From the NCBI GenBank assembly GCA_002269645.1, contig NIVC01000460.1, positions 62,001 to 126,000 on the forward strand: DNA of 64,000 bases, in the 5' to 3' direction. This DNA is from Macrostomum lignano (taxonomy: Eukaryota). The notes under the pieces are model-generated. The model searched no databases, was not told the DNA's origin, and was given only the letters and a program-made list of their open reading frames with translations. Below are positions 40,411 to 52,375 of the stretch, piece after piece (the first letter of the stretch is position 1; each line of letters begins with the position of its first letter). Position numbers and translations under genes: made by a program.

Positions 40411-40795
40411 CATGCTATAATATTTCCTGTTTTACAACAATAAATATTTGAAATTATTTCACAACGATGACAAATAATCGCTTTGGAAAAATCGATAAAA
40501 GAATCAATCATGTATTTAAAGTGAATGAATACCGTAGAGAAAGCAAAAATATTGGCAAACGTCTGAATAATATAACAATAAATTTTATCAAAAAAACCAA
40601 ATCTTAGGTCGAATGAATTAGAAGTTTTTTCGAAAATTGTTTTTATTAAAAACCAACAGAAAAAAAAATCAGACAGATATCAGAGAATAATTTAGATATA
40701 CGCGCAAACTATGCTACTGATTTTAGTAAAGTCAGTAGACAAAATAGGACATAACAACCGAAAGTTAATTGTTTAGAATGGAAAAACTGGATCGC

Positions 40796-43700
40796 TCACT
40801 CCACTCTGCTGTTGGCCTGCTGCTTCGCCCACTGCATTCTCCGCCCGGCCGAATCACATCCGGACACGGACGAGCCGTTGCCATTGTTTCCTAGCAATCG
40901 GAGTCTGGCCGCCTCATCTTCGGCCTTATGCAACGGATCGAGCATTTGAAGCCGAGTAAGGAGGCTGGATAGCTGCATCGGGGCCTGGCTTGAGTGAACC
41001 TGGATCCAGGGGGTGCGTTTAGGAAAGCAAACTGAAACTGATCTCGCCAATACTGAAAATGTGGTAGCCTTCCCGTCTCTCACTTCACATTCTTACCCTG
41101 GTTCCTTCCCTCTTTTTCCTCTTCCGCTTTACCCCCCACTTCCGCTCTCGACCCCTCACTTCCGCTCTCTACTCCTCACTTCCGCTCTCTACTCCTCACT
41201 TCCGCTCTCTACTCCTCACTTCCGCTCTCTACTCCTCACTTCCGCTCTTTAACCCTCAGTTCCGCTCTCTGCCCCTCACTTCCGCTCTCTACTCCTCACT
41301 TCCGCTCTCTACTCCTCACTTCCGCTCTCTACCCCTCACTCCCGCTCTCTACTCCTAATTTACTCTTCCCTTCCCTACCCTCTCATCCTCTCTCTACCTC
41401 TCATCCTCTCTCTACCTCTCATCCTCTCTCTACCTCTCATCCTCTCTCTACCTCTCATCCTCTCTCTACCTCTCATCCTCCTTTCTCCTCTTTCCTCTTG
41501 TTTCCTCTTTGCTCATCTTCCTTGCTATTTCCAGCATGCCTACCTTAGCCCATCTTCTCCTGGGCTCCAAATCTCCAAACTGTCGATAATTAGCCAACGT
41601 CTCGGCAACCTCGGCGTCTAGAGAGTTGCCACCAATAGCCGTGAGATTTCTCAGCTCGGCGTGGCAGACAACCAGCAGCCAGAGAGGCGAGCTGGCCAAC
41701 AGGCCCGCACTGCGGCTGCCGACAATCACTGGCACAAGGCAGCGCAGTTGAGTCAGACGAGAATTGCACTGCCGTTCAATCAGGCAGCGGCATAGATGGG
41801 CAACCCATTCGTTTCGATCGAATATGGCCACCGGCTCGTCTACGGGATAGTCAGAGCCTGCCAGAGACACGCGTGAGCATTTGTATTGATGAGTGCTGTG
41901 CCAACAAGTCTTATTGAATGTGTCTACCAATCGGAATTCGTGTCTGAAAGTACTTATATTTCTGACTGTTTTCTCACTCTCTTAGAAATAGAGCAGAGCA
42001 CCTTGCCAGTTCTTTTTGAGTGTCTGCTATAGTCTTGTTGAGCATCTCTTACATACATGCGCAACACCCGGCCGACCCGAAAAAATACAGACGTAATACT
42101 AATTAGATGACGAGGCATTTAGCCTTAATAAGACAGTTATAGTTACTCCTGTCATTTACCCAAAATTGCGTTAATTTTTGCTTTAGGGTTTCTTTCACAG
42201 GTAAATCGCATTTTTGGTCAAAAAGTAAGTCGCGCAGCCAGTGTAAATCAGGGAGGGGGGGGTTGCTCATGTATGATCTCTGTCAGTTTCTGAGTATCTA
42301 TAAGTCTTACCAACCTTACTTACCAGCCCTATTAAATGTCCATTAGAATGTCCACTAGGTGTATTTATCTTTAATTGTCTGTCAGTCTTTTTCTACCGCA
42401 CACAAGCTCCCGGCCCTAACCTTACCGAATTCTAAGTCATTTCTGTTTGCTCTTGTATTCTATTTGCATCTTAAAATTCTACATGCAAATCGTCCCAAAG
42501 TGCTCCGTTCCAAAACAGCGTGCTAGATTGTGTTAACTGAATTTTTTGCCGTCAAACTTCGTCCAAGAAATCTAGCTACTAGTCCAAGAAAGTTCTAGAT
42601 ATCCATGGCTCGGTTTGGCGGGTATGGTCGTCCCTCTATGCCCCGGTCCTTGCGCTGAGCTCCCTCATCTACTTAGTAACGACCCTCTCTAATTGGTCTG
42701 CCAACATAACACCCCTCTCAATGCACCTCTTAACATTTCAGCCTGTTTTCTACATTTAAAAATGCCTTTTCAACACTTTCAACACAAATTAGGAATGTTG
42801 TTTCACAGGTTGGATTGGCCGCCTTAGTGAAGGAGTCCCTCACAAGTCTCACAGCCAGTCAAGCGACTCTACAACTCTACAACTTAGCCAAAGCTTTCAC
42901 TATTTGGCTACAACAATTGACCATGCGACCTCCTATGCCGAATTGCTCAATCCTCTGGGACCGCCGCCCACTCCGGAGCCACCAGACCCCTTTGTGAACT
43001 ATAGGAGACAAATGCTTTGTGCCCGGCCAGGACCAGCCGCGTCCACGACGGCTCATCTTGCTCATGAACTACGCATCGACAAGCATACATCCAGTGTGCC
43101 AGTCATTCTGAGAGGTGGCATCAACTGCTCAGCTACGATCACAACTACAACCCCTGAGTCTGAGGAACTCAGCAACGGGAGCTTGCTTTATTTCAGATAC
43201 AACATAACGGGTGTCCCAAAAAAGGTCGAAAAAGGTTTAATCCAATACTGAAAAAAACTGTCTGCTCCTGTTTTCTAGCAACTGATAGTTGTGCTACATG
43301 ACTGATAGTCAACATTTAGAAGTTTTGTTCACTGCAGTTCTTAATTCGATTGGTGCAAGGCTATGGGTTAATGTGTTAATGCCACAGACCAGAGAATGCA
43401 GCGAGCAGTGAGAGAGTGACAGAGCAGTAGCAGCATCAGCAGCAGTTGCCTCGTGAAGCATTCACCCATTCTTACGATGGCGATTTCAGCCAGTTCTGAA
43501 TGCTGTTGCTCATGAACAGAAGCACCAATCGAAATGAGAACTGCAGGAAACAAAACTCCTGAGTGTTGACATCTAGTCAACTAGTGTTGACTAGACATCT
43601 TGTGTTGACATCTAGTGTTGACAAGCCAGTAAGTATAGCAACTATAGTTGCTATAGTTGCCAGGAAACAGGAGCAGAGAGTTTTGTACAGTATTGAATTA

Positions 43701-46575
43701 AAATTCGGCCTTTTTTGGGGCACCCGATATACAACTGGCGAAGAATAAAGCCAGTAAGTCGATTATATAATTGTACATGTAGTTCGAATTGAAGTGTTTA
43801 CTATGCAGGACAATTAGTCTATGGGCCAGGTCGCGAAATAGCACTATAAGTAAAAGAAAGTACTTTATCACTTCAGCTTAGCCATTCGCGCACTCCCTCT
43901 GCTGGTGTAAATTATCTATTAGGGCTCAAGCAAGGAGAAATCATGACGTCCGTTGCGTACCACAGCCTCAACTACACAATCGACAAGGTTGCCAAGTGGA
44001 TGGCCGCCTCTGACTCGCAGGTGTGCCTATTTGCAGACGACACCTCCGCTTCCACTCTGTCATCGCCGTCCATGACAACGAACACAACCGTCGAACAGGG
44101 CCGTCAGATGCTAATCGACCGGCTAAAATTTGACGCAGTGACTCGCATGAAGTCGCTGCTACGGAGCACAACTAATCAAGAGAATAATCACAACGAGTTC
44201 AAGAAAAAATACAGCGACAGGCGCGCCGCCGCCGTAGACGCGTGCTCTGACGACTCGCTGAACTGCAACCAGAACAACCGAGGCCGCGGCACTGAGGCAG
44301 AGCACCGGCGCAAGACGCACACGGACAGTCGGCACAGGCGCCAGTCGCAACCGTCCAACAGTCACTCGGTTGTCAAGCAGCGCCAGGACAGCGGCGACGG
44401 TAGCGGCGAGTTTAAAGAGGACAAGTACCTCGAGAGAATAATCGAACGGGCCACTCAAGAGATTCGGTCCGCAATTTACAAGCTCAGCGCCGAGAACAAG
44501 CTGCCAGAGAAGTGTCACCTGAAGATGAAGCTGTCAATCAAACCGCAGCAGACAGTCGGTGAGGTAAACAGCCCAATAGAAGAGACCGGACGACATCAAG
44601 GCGGCGGCCAGCCGGACAGTCGAGGCCACAGGGTCTCGAACTCTGGACGTCATCACAGGACATCGCAGAAAGACGACAGCGGCAGGCCACACCGGGAGAA
44701 GCGAGCTGCCTCGACGTCAAACAAGCGCGACCATCGAGAACAGAGGAAGGACAAACGGAAGCATTGAGTAGAAGGACCTTGTGGAGCTTTTATTAAACTA
44801 CTACCTTTGCATTGCTTTCATTCTTTGACACTAAAGCTATCTAAGCTATATAGCATTTTAATTGCTAAGCGCTACTTTACATTGAAGATCGGAACTTGGA
44901 CGGACGCCAGAGATACGTGCCCCAACAAACTGTTGTCAGTCGGCAACATGTCAATGGTAGCCTATTTTTAGTAACGCCATTTCGCAGCATGGCAACAAAG
45001 CTGAGAACAGTTTTTAGTTAATTCGGTTATTTAGTTAATAAATACACAATATTATATTAAAAGTGTCTTTTTGTTACAATTGACCAATGACGAATAGCAT
45101 AAATGAAAAATCAATGCATTAAGATTGTTCGTTACGTGAGTAGACTAAAATCCATCGTGCCGCTTCCCCTCAAGGCTGGTGTCGTCTATCAGTTCCGTTG
45201 CTGGTCAGAGTATTTCCTACTTGTGTATTGCGAGAACGAACAAATATGCAGCCGTATGCGTTTTACTTTTATGGCCGTATTGCCTTGAAAAGCCAGATTG
45301 CCCAGACTTGGGATATGGCATGCAGAAAGGCGACGCCAGCTCAGTCTAGGGTACCCGATGAAAACGGTACCCAGGCCAAGAAGCGTCCCGGAGTCACTAG
45401 CGTCGCTCCAGAGTCGTTTCAGATGCGTTGTAGATGACACAAGCAAATAGGAAAGAAGTGCTTCTAAACGACTCTAAAAGGACGACATGTCACGGTACAA
45501 GTCGCCAAAAAGTCCTCAGAGTCGCGCGACTCTAGTGACCCTGGGGCGACCGTATAACGACCCTAAGGCCGTAGAGTCCTATTTGATGCGTTCTAGAGTC
45601 GCATTAGAGTCGCTTTATGAAGCAGAGTCACATTTCCGGCGTTTCAGCGGCTTTCTGCAGTCGCTAAAAAGTCGCAGAAGAAGCGCTTTAGCGTCACTGT
45701 AGAATCGTTAGTGCATTACTTCTGAGGCGTTTTGGACTCGTTACAGTCTAATACCGGCCTTAAAAAGACTGCTGGAAATGCATGCTCAGTGGATGCATGC
45801 TCAAATGGAAATGCGACTCAGAAGTGATGCACTAACGATTCTATAGCGACGCTAAAAGAGCTTCTTCTGCGACTTTTTGGCGACTTGTATCGTGACATGT
45901 CGTCATTTTAGAGTCGTTTTAAAATCACTTCGCAAAGGGCGACGCAAGTGCTCACGTGGGGATTGTTGAGATGTCAAGGCTCACGTAGGGGGGGGGGGGG
46001 GTAGCTGAGATGTTAGGGCTTACGGGGGAATTCGCCGATATGTCAATTCTTACAAGGGTAATTGCTGAGGTTTTTGCAAGGAGAAGCTACATGTAGTTTA
46101 TTCAAAAATCTGTATTCCATTCATTGTTGGCTCCCCAACGGGGGGCGCTGATTGCCAGTATGGAAACTCGCATATCAGAGAAGTGCTTCCCGGAAGCCAA
46201 GCCTCGGGAAAAGGTGAGTTAGAGAAAACAATTAAATATTGGGGTCCAGGGTCCAAGCAAGCCATCAATGAATTAATAAGTGTCTAGCCCATCCTATTGA
46301 AAACATTGAAAGTTCAACTGACATGTGCGAATATCTGTGCAAACCTTACCCTCCACTCAGAAAATTAGAAAACCTTGCCTGTACGTCTGTCCTTCTCTGT
46401 CGGTCTGTCTGTTTGTCTGTCTCAGTGTCTGTCTACTGTCTGTCTGTCTGTCTGTCTGCCTGTCCTTCTGTCTGCCTGTCCGTCTATCCTTCTCTGTCGG
46501 TCTGTCTGTTTGTCTGTCTATCTGCCTGTCCTTCTGTCTGTCTGTCTGCCTGTCTGTCTGTCTGTCTGTCTTTCG

Positions 46576-46631
<56 letters not shown>

Positions 46632-49600
46632 GCCTGTCCTTCTGTCTGTCTGTCTGCCTGTCTTTCGGTCTGCCTGTCCTTTTGTCTGTCTGTCTGCCTG
46701 TCCTTCTGTCTGTCTGTCTGCCTGTCCTTCTGTCTGCCTGTCCTTCTGTCTGTCTGTCCTTCTGTCTGCCTGTCTGCCTGCCCGCCACGCCAAACCTACC
46801 CAGTTCAACGGCGCGCCGGCCGCAGGCCACAGACTGGGGATCCCAGTAGCCCCAGCACCAGGCGGGGGTGTCAGCAGACAGGCGCGTGAGCTGCAGGCTG
46901 CAGTCGGCAGCCCGACTAAAAAGCGCCAGGTTGCCGCGAAGGCCGCTGGTTGGTAGATCCGACGGGTCAATTTCGACCACCTAAAATCAGAAAGTTTAAT
47001 AAAAGGCAACTCATAAGAAGCAAAATTCTAGAAAAATTCCAGATTAAATACTCGTTAATTTCTTAGAAGCCTCCCTTAAGCCATATCTTAACCTCAACGT
47101 TCTCTACATGTATAATGTTTGGCCTACCAACAACTCCCAACGACCTTTGGTATCTGAGCAACCAAAATGAGCCACAGCATTTCAGCAATTCCCCTCGTGA
47201 ACATCAAACTCTCAGCAATCCCCCCGATGAGCCTTGACATCTCAGCAATTCCCCTCGTGAACATCAAACTCTCAGCAATCCCCCCGATGAGCCTTGACAT
47301 CTCAGCAATTCCTCATTGAGCCTTGACATCTCAGCAATTCCTCATTGAGCCTTGACATCTCAGCAATTTCCTATTGAGCCTTGACATCTCAGCAATTCCC
47401 CATTGAGCCTTGACATCTCAGCAATTCCCCATTGAGCCTTGACATCTCAGCAATTCCTCATTGAGCCTTGACATCTCAGCAATTCCCCATTGAGCCTTGA
47501 CTTGACATCTCAGCAATTCCTCATTGAGCCTTGACATCTCAGCAATTCCCATTGAGCCTTGACATCTCAGCAATTCCCCATTGAGCCTTGACATCTCAGC
47601 AATTCCTCATTTAGCCTTGACATCTCAGCAATTCCCCATTGAGCCTTGACATCTCAGCAATTCCCCATTGAGCCTTGACATCTCAGCAATTCCTCATTGA
47701 GCCTTGACATCTCAGCAATTCCCATTGAGCCTTGACATCTCAGCAATTCCCCACTGAGCCTTGACATCTCAGCAATGCCTCCATGAGTTGCTAAACTTGC
47801 AATTGTGATCACCTACCTGATCAAAGTCGGGTCCTTCGACCACATCCTCGCTATCGTTCTCGGCGACTCCAGCATCTGCACTGGCGCACCTGAGCAGCAC
47901 GGCCTGCCCAGACAGAGGCACTTTGGTTAGCAGGCGGCCCCCAGGCCCAAAGGCCAGCAGCTCAGCCCAGTAGGCCTGTGGCAGCAGAGAGGCGCCATCG
48001 CCAACAGCTGGCGGCAGGTGCGATTCAATTAGCGACCAATTTTCTCGCCACACTTCCGCAGTTAGCGAGCTGCAATTATCCAATTATTGATTACTAGACT
48101 GGGCAAATATACACTTACACTACTTTTCATATTCAGTAGTATAAATTCTTATTAAATTTAAATTTCTTTTGTTGAAACACTGCACCCAGTGATGTGTGAT
48201 TCTGTACTCTAAGTTAGAGATGAGAAGAGACAAGAGAAAACAGGTAAGATGGGAGATGATAGAAGAGAAGAGATCAGAGCAGATCAGAGGATAAAAGGCA
48301 AAGAGAAAAGAAGCGAGGGGATGAGAACAAAGATAAGAGGAGAGGAGAGAGAGAGAGAAGACGATGGGAAAGAGTGCGAGTGGAAGGGACCAGAAAAGAG
48401 ATGGAAACGGAATATAGAAAGGAAGGAAGCAGGTCAAGTGACAATCAGACAATAGAGGCAAACCAAGCTGCCTTACCCAAGCACAGCTTTGTAGAAATCT
48501 TCCTGACTTCCATCATGCAGCGGAGCCCGAAACGCCTCCCTCAGGCGTCGGGAATAATCGGCAGCCAAGCTGCTCAGACCATTAAACAGGCGCCTAGCAG
48601 CCAGCCGTCTGACATGAGATTGCAGCAGAACGGCGCAGGATTGCAATTTGGCTTGAGTTTGGTACAGGCCTAGCAGATGGCGATAGTGACAGAATACGAG
48701 CTTGGGGCCAAGCAGCAATGGCCCGTCTGAAAAATAGAAAGACGGAAAGACGACTTTGCGCGCTGCCTTCTTAGACCGCGAATCGTAGGACAAACTGCCA
48801 GGCCAAGTTTTGTGTGTGCTTCCTAATAATGATGGCCAATCCAGCTACCTGGGTGCGTTGGCACTGAGCAACACACTCTTATCCTACTCTGAGATTGATC
48901 TAAATTAATGGAAGTCTCACCATAAGATCGCTTGGCAATCCGTTTAACATAGGGGCCAGCCTTGACACAGGCCTGGCTACACTTCTCATCGGCACTAGCC
49001 TGACAGGCGCTCAACTGATCAGCCTTGGTGTACGGCAGAACAGCCTCCGAGAACGTGTTCAAAAGTCTATGCCTAGAGGTTGAACACTGGAACAAGCCGC
49101 AAGCTTTTACGGCGGCCAGTTGGCAAGCTCGAAGACGCAGCAACGCCTGCGAAGACGGCACCGAAAGTGACGGCAAGCGATCAACAAATAGCAGCTTGAC
49201 GCTGACGGACGCTGGCAAAGACGAGTCAGCGGTCAGGTTCAGCTGATCAGGATCTGTCAGCAGTGAAGTCAACAAAGTTAAACTGTGCGTAGCTAAGGTT
49301 GACGTTGCTTTCAACAGCTGTTGCTGTCTCAACAGCTGAGATGATTGTATGAGAAACACGCTGGCCGCTTCAGCCTCGTGTGGTGCCAGAGATGCCAGGC
49401 TGGCAAGACGATAAGTTCGAGTCCCCAGCCAGTGACGCACCTCGAGCAGCATCTGGGGAGATTAAGATGCAGAATCAAAATGTTAGATTTAGTTAAATCA
49501 ACTATTTGCGCAATCTGGCAGTAGCAACATCAACTACTGCCTCGCCTCAGTGCTCAGGCAATTCAGTCCGTTCCGCTGGCTCCTGAGCACATACAAGCGC

Positions 49601-51691
49601 GCCAATATTGTACACAGGCACGCACTCTCACAGCGGTGTACAGCGGCCCTGAAAATCTAATCGTCAGACATGTACACTCTGTGCCTTGGGGGTTGGCCCT
49701 CATGGCTGTTAATTGCAAAACCCCTGGCACAAGCCCCAAATAAATGTGAGCGCGCACGGATATCCTCTGGCCCCAACATCAACCATTCTCACTGACAATT
49801 TCATCAATCACAGTTTAATAACCTCCGAGAAAGTAATGCTCATCCGCTTCGAGCAAGAAACCCACCTGGTCAACACCGCCACCCTTGACCTTGGACAACC
49901 GAAACACATTCGAATCGGCCGAGCCAGCAGTCGCACTGGCGGACAATTTCTTAGCAGCCGCGACGGGATCGCCGCGTCCAAATGCCACACCCAAAAGCGT
50001 GGGAGCTTTGACGCTGCCCAACGATCGATAGGAGTCTATTAGAGCAGCGGATGGCGAGGCCGCCTCCGACGCTTCAGCGAAGCCCCTCGGAGCGAGCACC
50101 TCCGGCGCCAGCTTAACATAAGCCTCGCCTAGCAGAAGCAACGGAGTGGAAGATATCAGACGAGAACGAAGGCTGGCCAAGAGATCGCACAGATAATTGT
50201 ACTCGAAATTCAACGCATCCCGAGCAGCAGTTGAGGAAAAAGAGTCTGTTGCATCAGTCTGGCCTAGTAGTAGGTGAGTTGGCCCAATTAAAAATGTCAT
50301 TCGACCGCCATCTCCCGGACCAGCAACAACGTTTTCGCACAGCCGTCCACCAGCCAGTCTCTGATTTAGCCGGCCGACAACAAACTGCACTAATCGGCGA
50401 TAGATGGCTCGAACCATGCCGGCCAGTGCGGCGTTGCACTCTTCGGCTGTGCGATTGCGCAACGCTTTTCTGTGACCATCGCGCAGGACTTCGTATCTGC
50501 GTAGTGAGTTGGTTGATTGAAAGGAGAGGATATACAAGCGGAGCAAGAGGCTTAGTGTTTTTGTTTTCTAAACATTTAATACTTTTCTCCAAGGAAGAAC
50601 AGATTGATATGCTTAAAAAACACTATGCAGACGTTACAACCTAGAACATCCTATCCGGAGGCATGGACAAAGAATAATTGACCAAGAAACTAGATTTTAA
50701 TTACCGCAACACACCTGACAGTGACCTCGCGCATAAGCGACTCCAATTCTAAGCCGAGCATTTGAGCGACGCGTTCCAAATTTTCGTGCCGTTCAAACTG
50801 AACGCATTTTTTCGGCTTGCGTGGATCCGGAACCACGCGGACCAGACGTAGATGCAGGACGGCCGCGGCGCATCGATGAATAAAATCTAGATTCTCATCC
50901 GAGAATTCGAACAGTTTGGCAAGGCATCGGGCTACATTGATTTGCTTGAGACGATCGTCCGACATCAGCTCCGCGTAGGCGGGAGGACAAGCCATGGACA
51001 AAGCAATCTCGCTATCGTCAAGGTAGTAAGCAGCTCTGACAGACTCAGTAGCGTTCTCCATCAGCGAGTAGAAAAAGCAAAACGCAGTTAAATTTTCAGC
51101 TTCCAAGTCGTCGCGACCAAGCAAGCCGTAGCCCATCAGCCAGAGAACATCGTACTTAATGCTAATCAAATCGCCGTTCTCGTTGAAGTCAGCGTGCAGC
51201 ATTGTTACCGAATGGTTATCCAGCTCAACTCGATCACCTAGCTTTCGATAGACACAGGTGAACATGCGTACTAAGTCTAGGCTAGACTGAACTAGCGGAC
51301 GAGCAGACAGCATCGGAGCGTCCTTAGCAACCATATGAACCAGCTGCTGCAAGGCATCGGAATCGTTTATGGCTATCAATAAGGGCCGCGTGCCTAGCAA
51401 CAGATTCGGGTCCGACTTGCTGTACAATTGGCTCTTAGCGCAGGTGTAAAAGTTCACTAGCGTAGGCGCGTTGCAGCACGGATACCAGGTGCAATTAGAC
51501 GGTGTAGTTGCATCGAAGTCACCATCATCAACGCTATCATCAGCTGGCTGGTCGCCTAGCAACAGAGACTCTCCGCACCATTTTGAACGAACGGCTTCAT
51601 CGTCTGAAGCCAGCATTAAGTCGAGCAGCTGCTGTTCGGAGCGCCAATCGCCCAGTTCAAGGATATCCTTAGCCACTCTAGCAGTTGCCAT
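40796..51691 (-). CDS. Highly divergent myosin-like protein (degenerate motor, IQ motif, tail). Exons 51691-50715, 50496-49866, 49452-48849, 48726-48477, 48069-47817, 46980-46800; tentative tail exons ~43.5 kb, 41943-41544, 40999-40796
   Basis: Ordered myosin-head landmarks: MLHADFNENGDLISIKYDV (..QF...G.L.GA.I..Y), FCFFYSLM (HIFYQL), IHRCAAAVLHL (IFRILAAILHL), VAQMLGL..ESL...VT.R, EECNAALAGMVRAIYRRLVQFVVGRLNQRL (QA..ARDAL.K.+Y.RLF.W+V..IN..L), EVRHWLGTRTY (..HYAG.V.Y), LRACQL, LLGPKLVF (.GKTK+F), then IQ motif LQSHVRRLAARRLF. The first six exons join in phase. The link into the last exons is not fully resolved. Confidence 0.7.
41130..41480. repeat. 20-bp CTCACTTCCGCTCTCTACTC and 18-bp CTCTCATCCTCTCTCTAC arrays
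   Basis: Direct reading; fill the last intron of the myosin-like gene. Confidence 0.9.
42099..42225 (-). pseudogene. Degraded 28S (LSU) rRNA fragment
   Basis: Minus strand GGGTAAATGACAGGAGTAACTATAACTGTCTTATTAAGGCTAAATGCCTCGTCATCTAATTAG versus conserved eukaryotic 28S GGGTAAACGGCGGGAGTAACTATGACTCTCTTAAGGTAGCCAAATGCCTCGTCATCTAATTAG. Strong for 42099-42161, weak beyond. Confidence 0.75.
43943..44767 (+). CDS. Intronless 274-aa charged hypothetical protein nested antisense in an intron of the myosin-like gene
   Basis: Non-repetitive GC-rich 825-bp ORF with AAATCATG start context, an AG acceptor just upstream, and ATTAAA (~44792) / AATAAA (~45037) downstream. No recognised domain. Confidence 0.55.
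   Translation: MTSVAYHSLNYTIDKVAKWMAASDSQVCLFADDTSASTLSSPSMTTNTTVEQGRQMLIDRLKFDAVTRMKSLLRSTTNQENNHNEFKKKYSDRRAAAVDACSDDSLNCNQNNRGRGTEAEHRRKTHTDSRHRRQSQPSNSHSVVKQRQDSGDGSGEFKEDKYLERIIERATQEIRSAIYKLSAENKLPEKCHLKMKLSIKPQQTVGEVNSPIEETGRHQGGGQPDSRGHRVSNSGRHHRTSQKDDSGRPHREKRAASTSNKRDHREQRKDKRKH
45455..45931. repeat. Composite long inverted repeat (MITE/foldback-like remnant)
   Basis: 45818-45885 is the reverse complement of 45660-45727, and 45871-45931 is the reverse complement of 45455-45514. Confidence 0.8.
46385..46780. repeat. (CTGT)n degenerate microsatellite
   Basis: Direct reading. Confidence 0.95.
47180..47776. repeat. ~29-bp minisatellite GAGCCTTGACATCTCAGCAATTCCCCATT
   Basis: Direct reading. 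Confidence 0.95.
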
Positions 51692-52375
51692 GCTGTTGGT
51701 TTGTTAGCTGTGCGTATATCTAAGCGCACCTGCGTGGTTTTTCTTCTTTGGCTTCTAATTTTCCAAGAATACTTGAAGGCTTGGTCTTTAGCCAAGGAAC
51801 AAATGCATTTCTTTATATAAGCGTTCATGGCCAGCAAGTCTACCTCGCACCTCTCTCTTGTCCACAAGGTTGCTTTAAAAAAGACAGATAAGAAATCGTA
51901 ACTAAAAGTTTAACTAACTGCCTAAAAGTTTGAGCAAGAGCAAATGAAATATTTGAAAAAATTCAGCCCGACGTTATCGTACCTAATAATAAAGCTAAGC
52001 CTAACCTAAAACTAAACCTAAAATTTCGTTCTACACACTAAACACTAATGCCTACTTTAATTACGCACTCATTACTTGTTGAAAATGACAATAGAACGCA
52101 AATAAATTAACTTTAAGCATTAGTTCTCAACGCATCAAATAAGAAAAGTTGAAACATCAGTTATTATTGTATTTTTCAACACTTGAAATCTAGCAATAAA
52201 CAGCATATTCTACAAACATTTGGCAGCAAACACACAACAAGCATCGAACAGTACGCACGCAGTAACCTCCCATTTCCAAGTAAACTACATACCGAATATA
52301 ATAAAGGCCGCATCCAATCAAACAGTACTAGAACAATAAATGAAATAGATTATTTAATTAAAATTCAACTGCAAA

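Noticed and set aside
42099-42225. Functional rRNA gene
   Set aside because: Only a short diverged fragment with indels in an invariant region; no flanking rDNA.
42815-43251. Possible non-LTR retrotransposon remnant (LYNLAKAF resembling an RT motif; SVPVILRGGIN resembling APE ..GDFN)
   Set aside because: Only isolated short resemblances, in an order not matching APE-RT; too weak to call without a profile search.
49563-49757. Extra myosin exon within the 49453-49865 intron
   Set aside because: Exon 2 can end at GAC CAG|GTGGGT (49866) and join 49452 in phase 0, restoring the HYAG-like motif without it.
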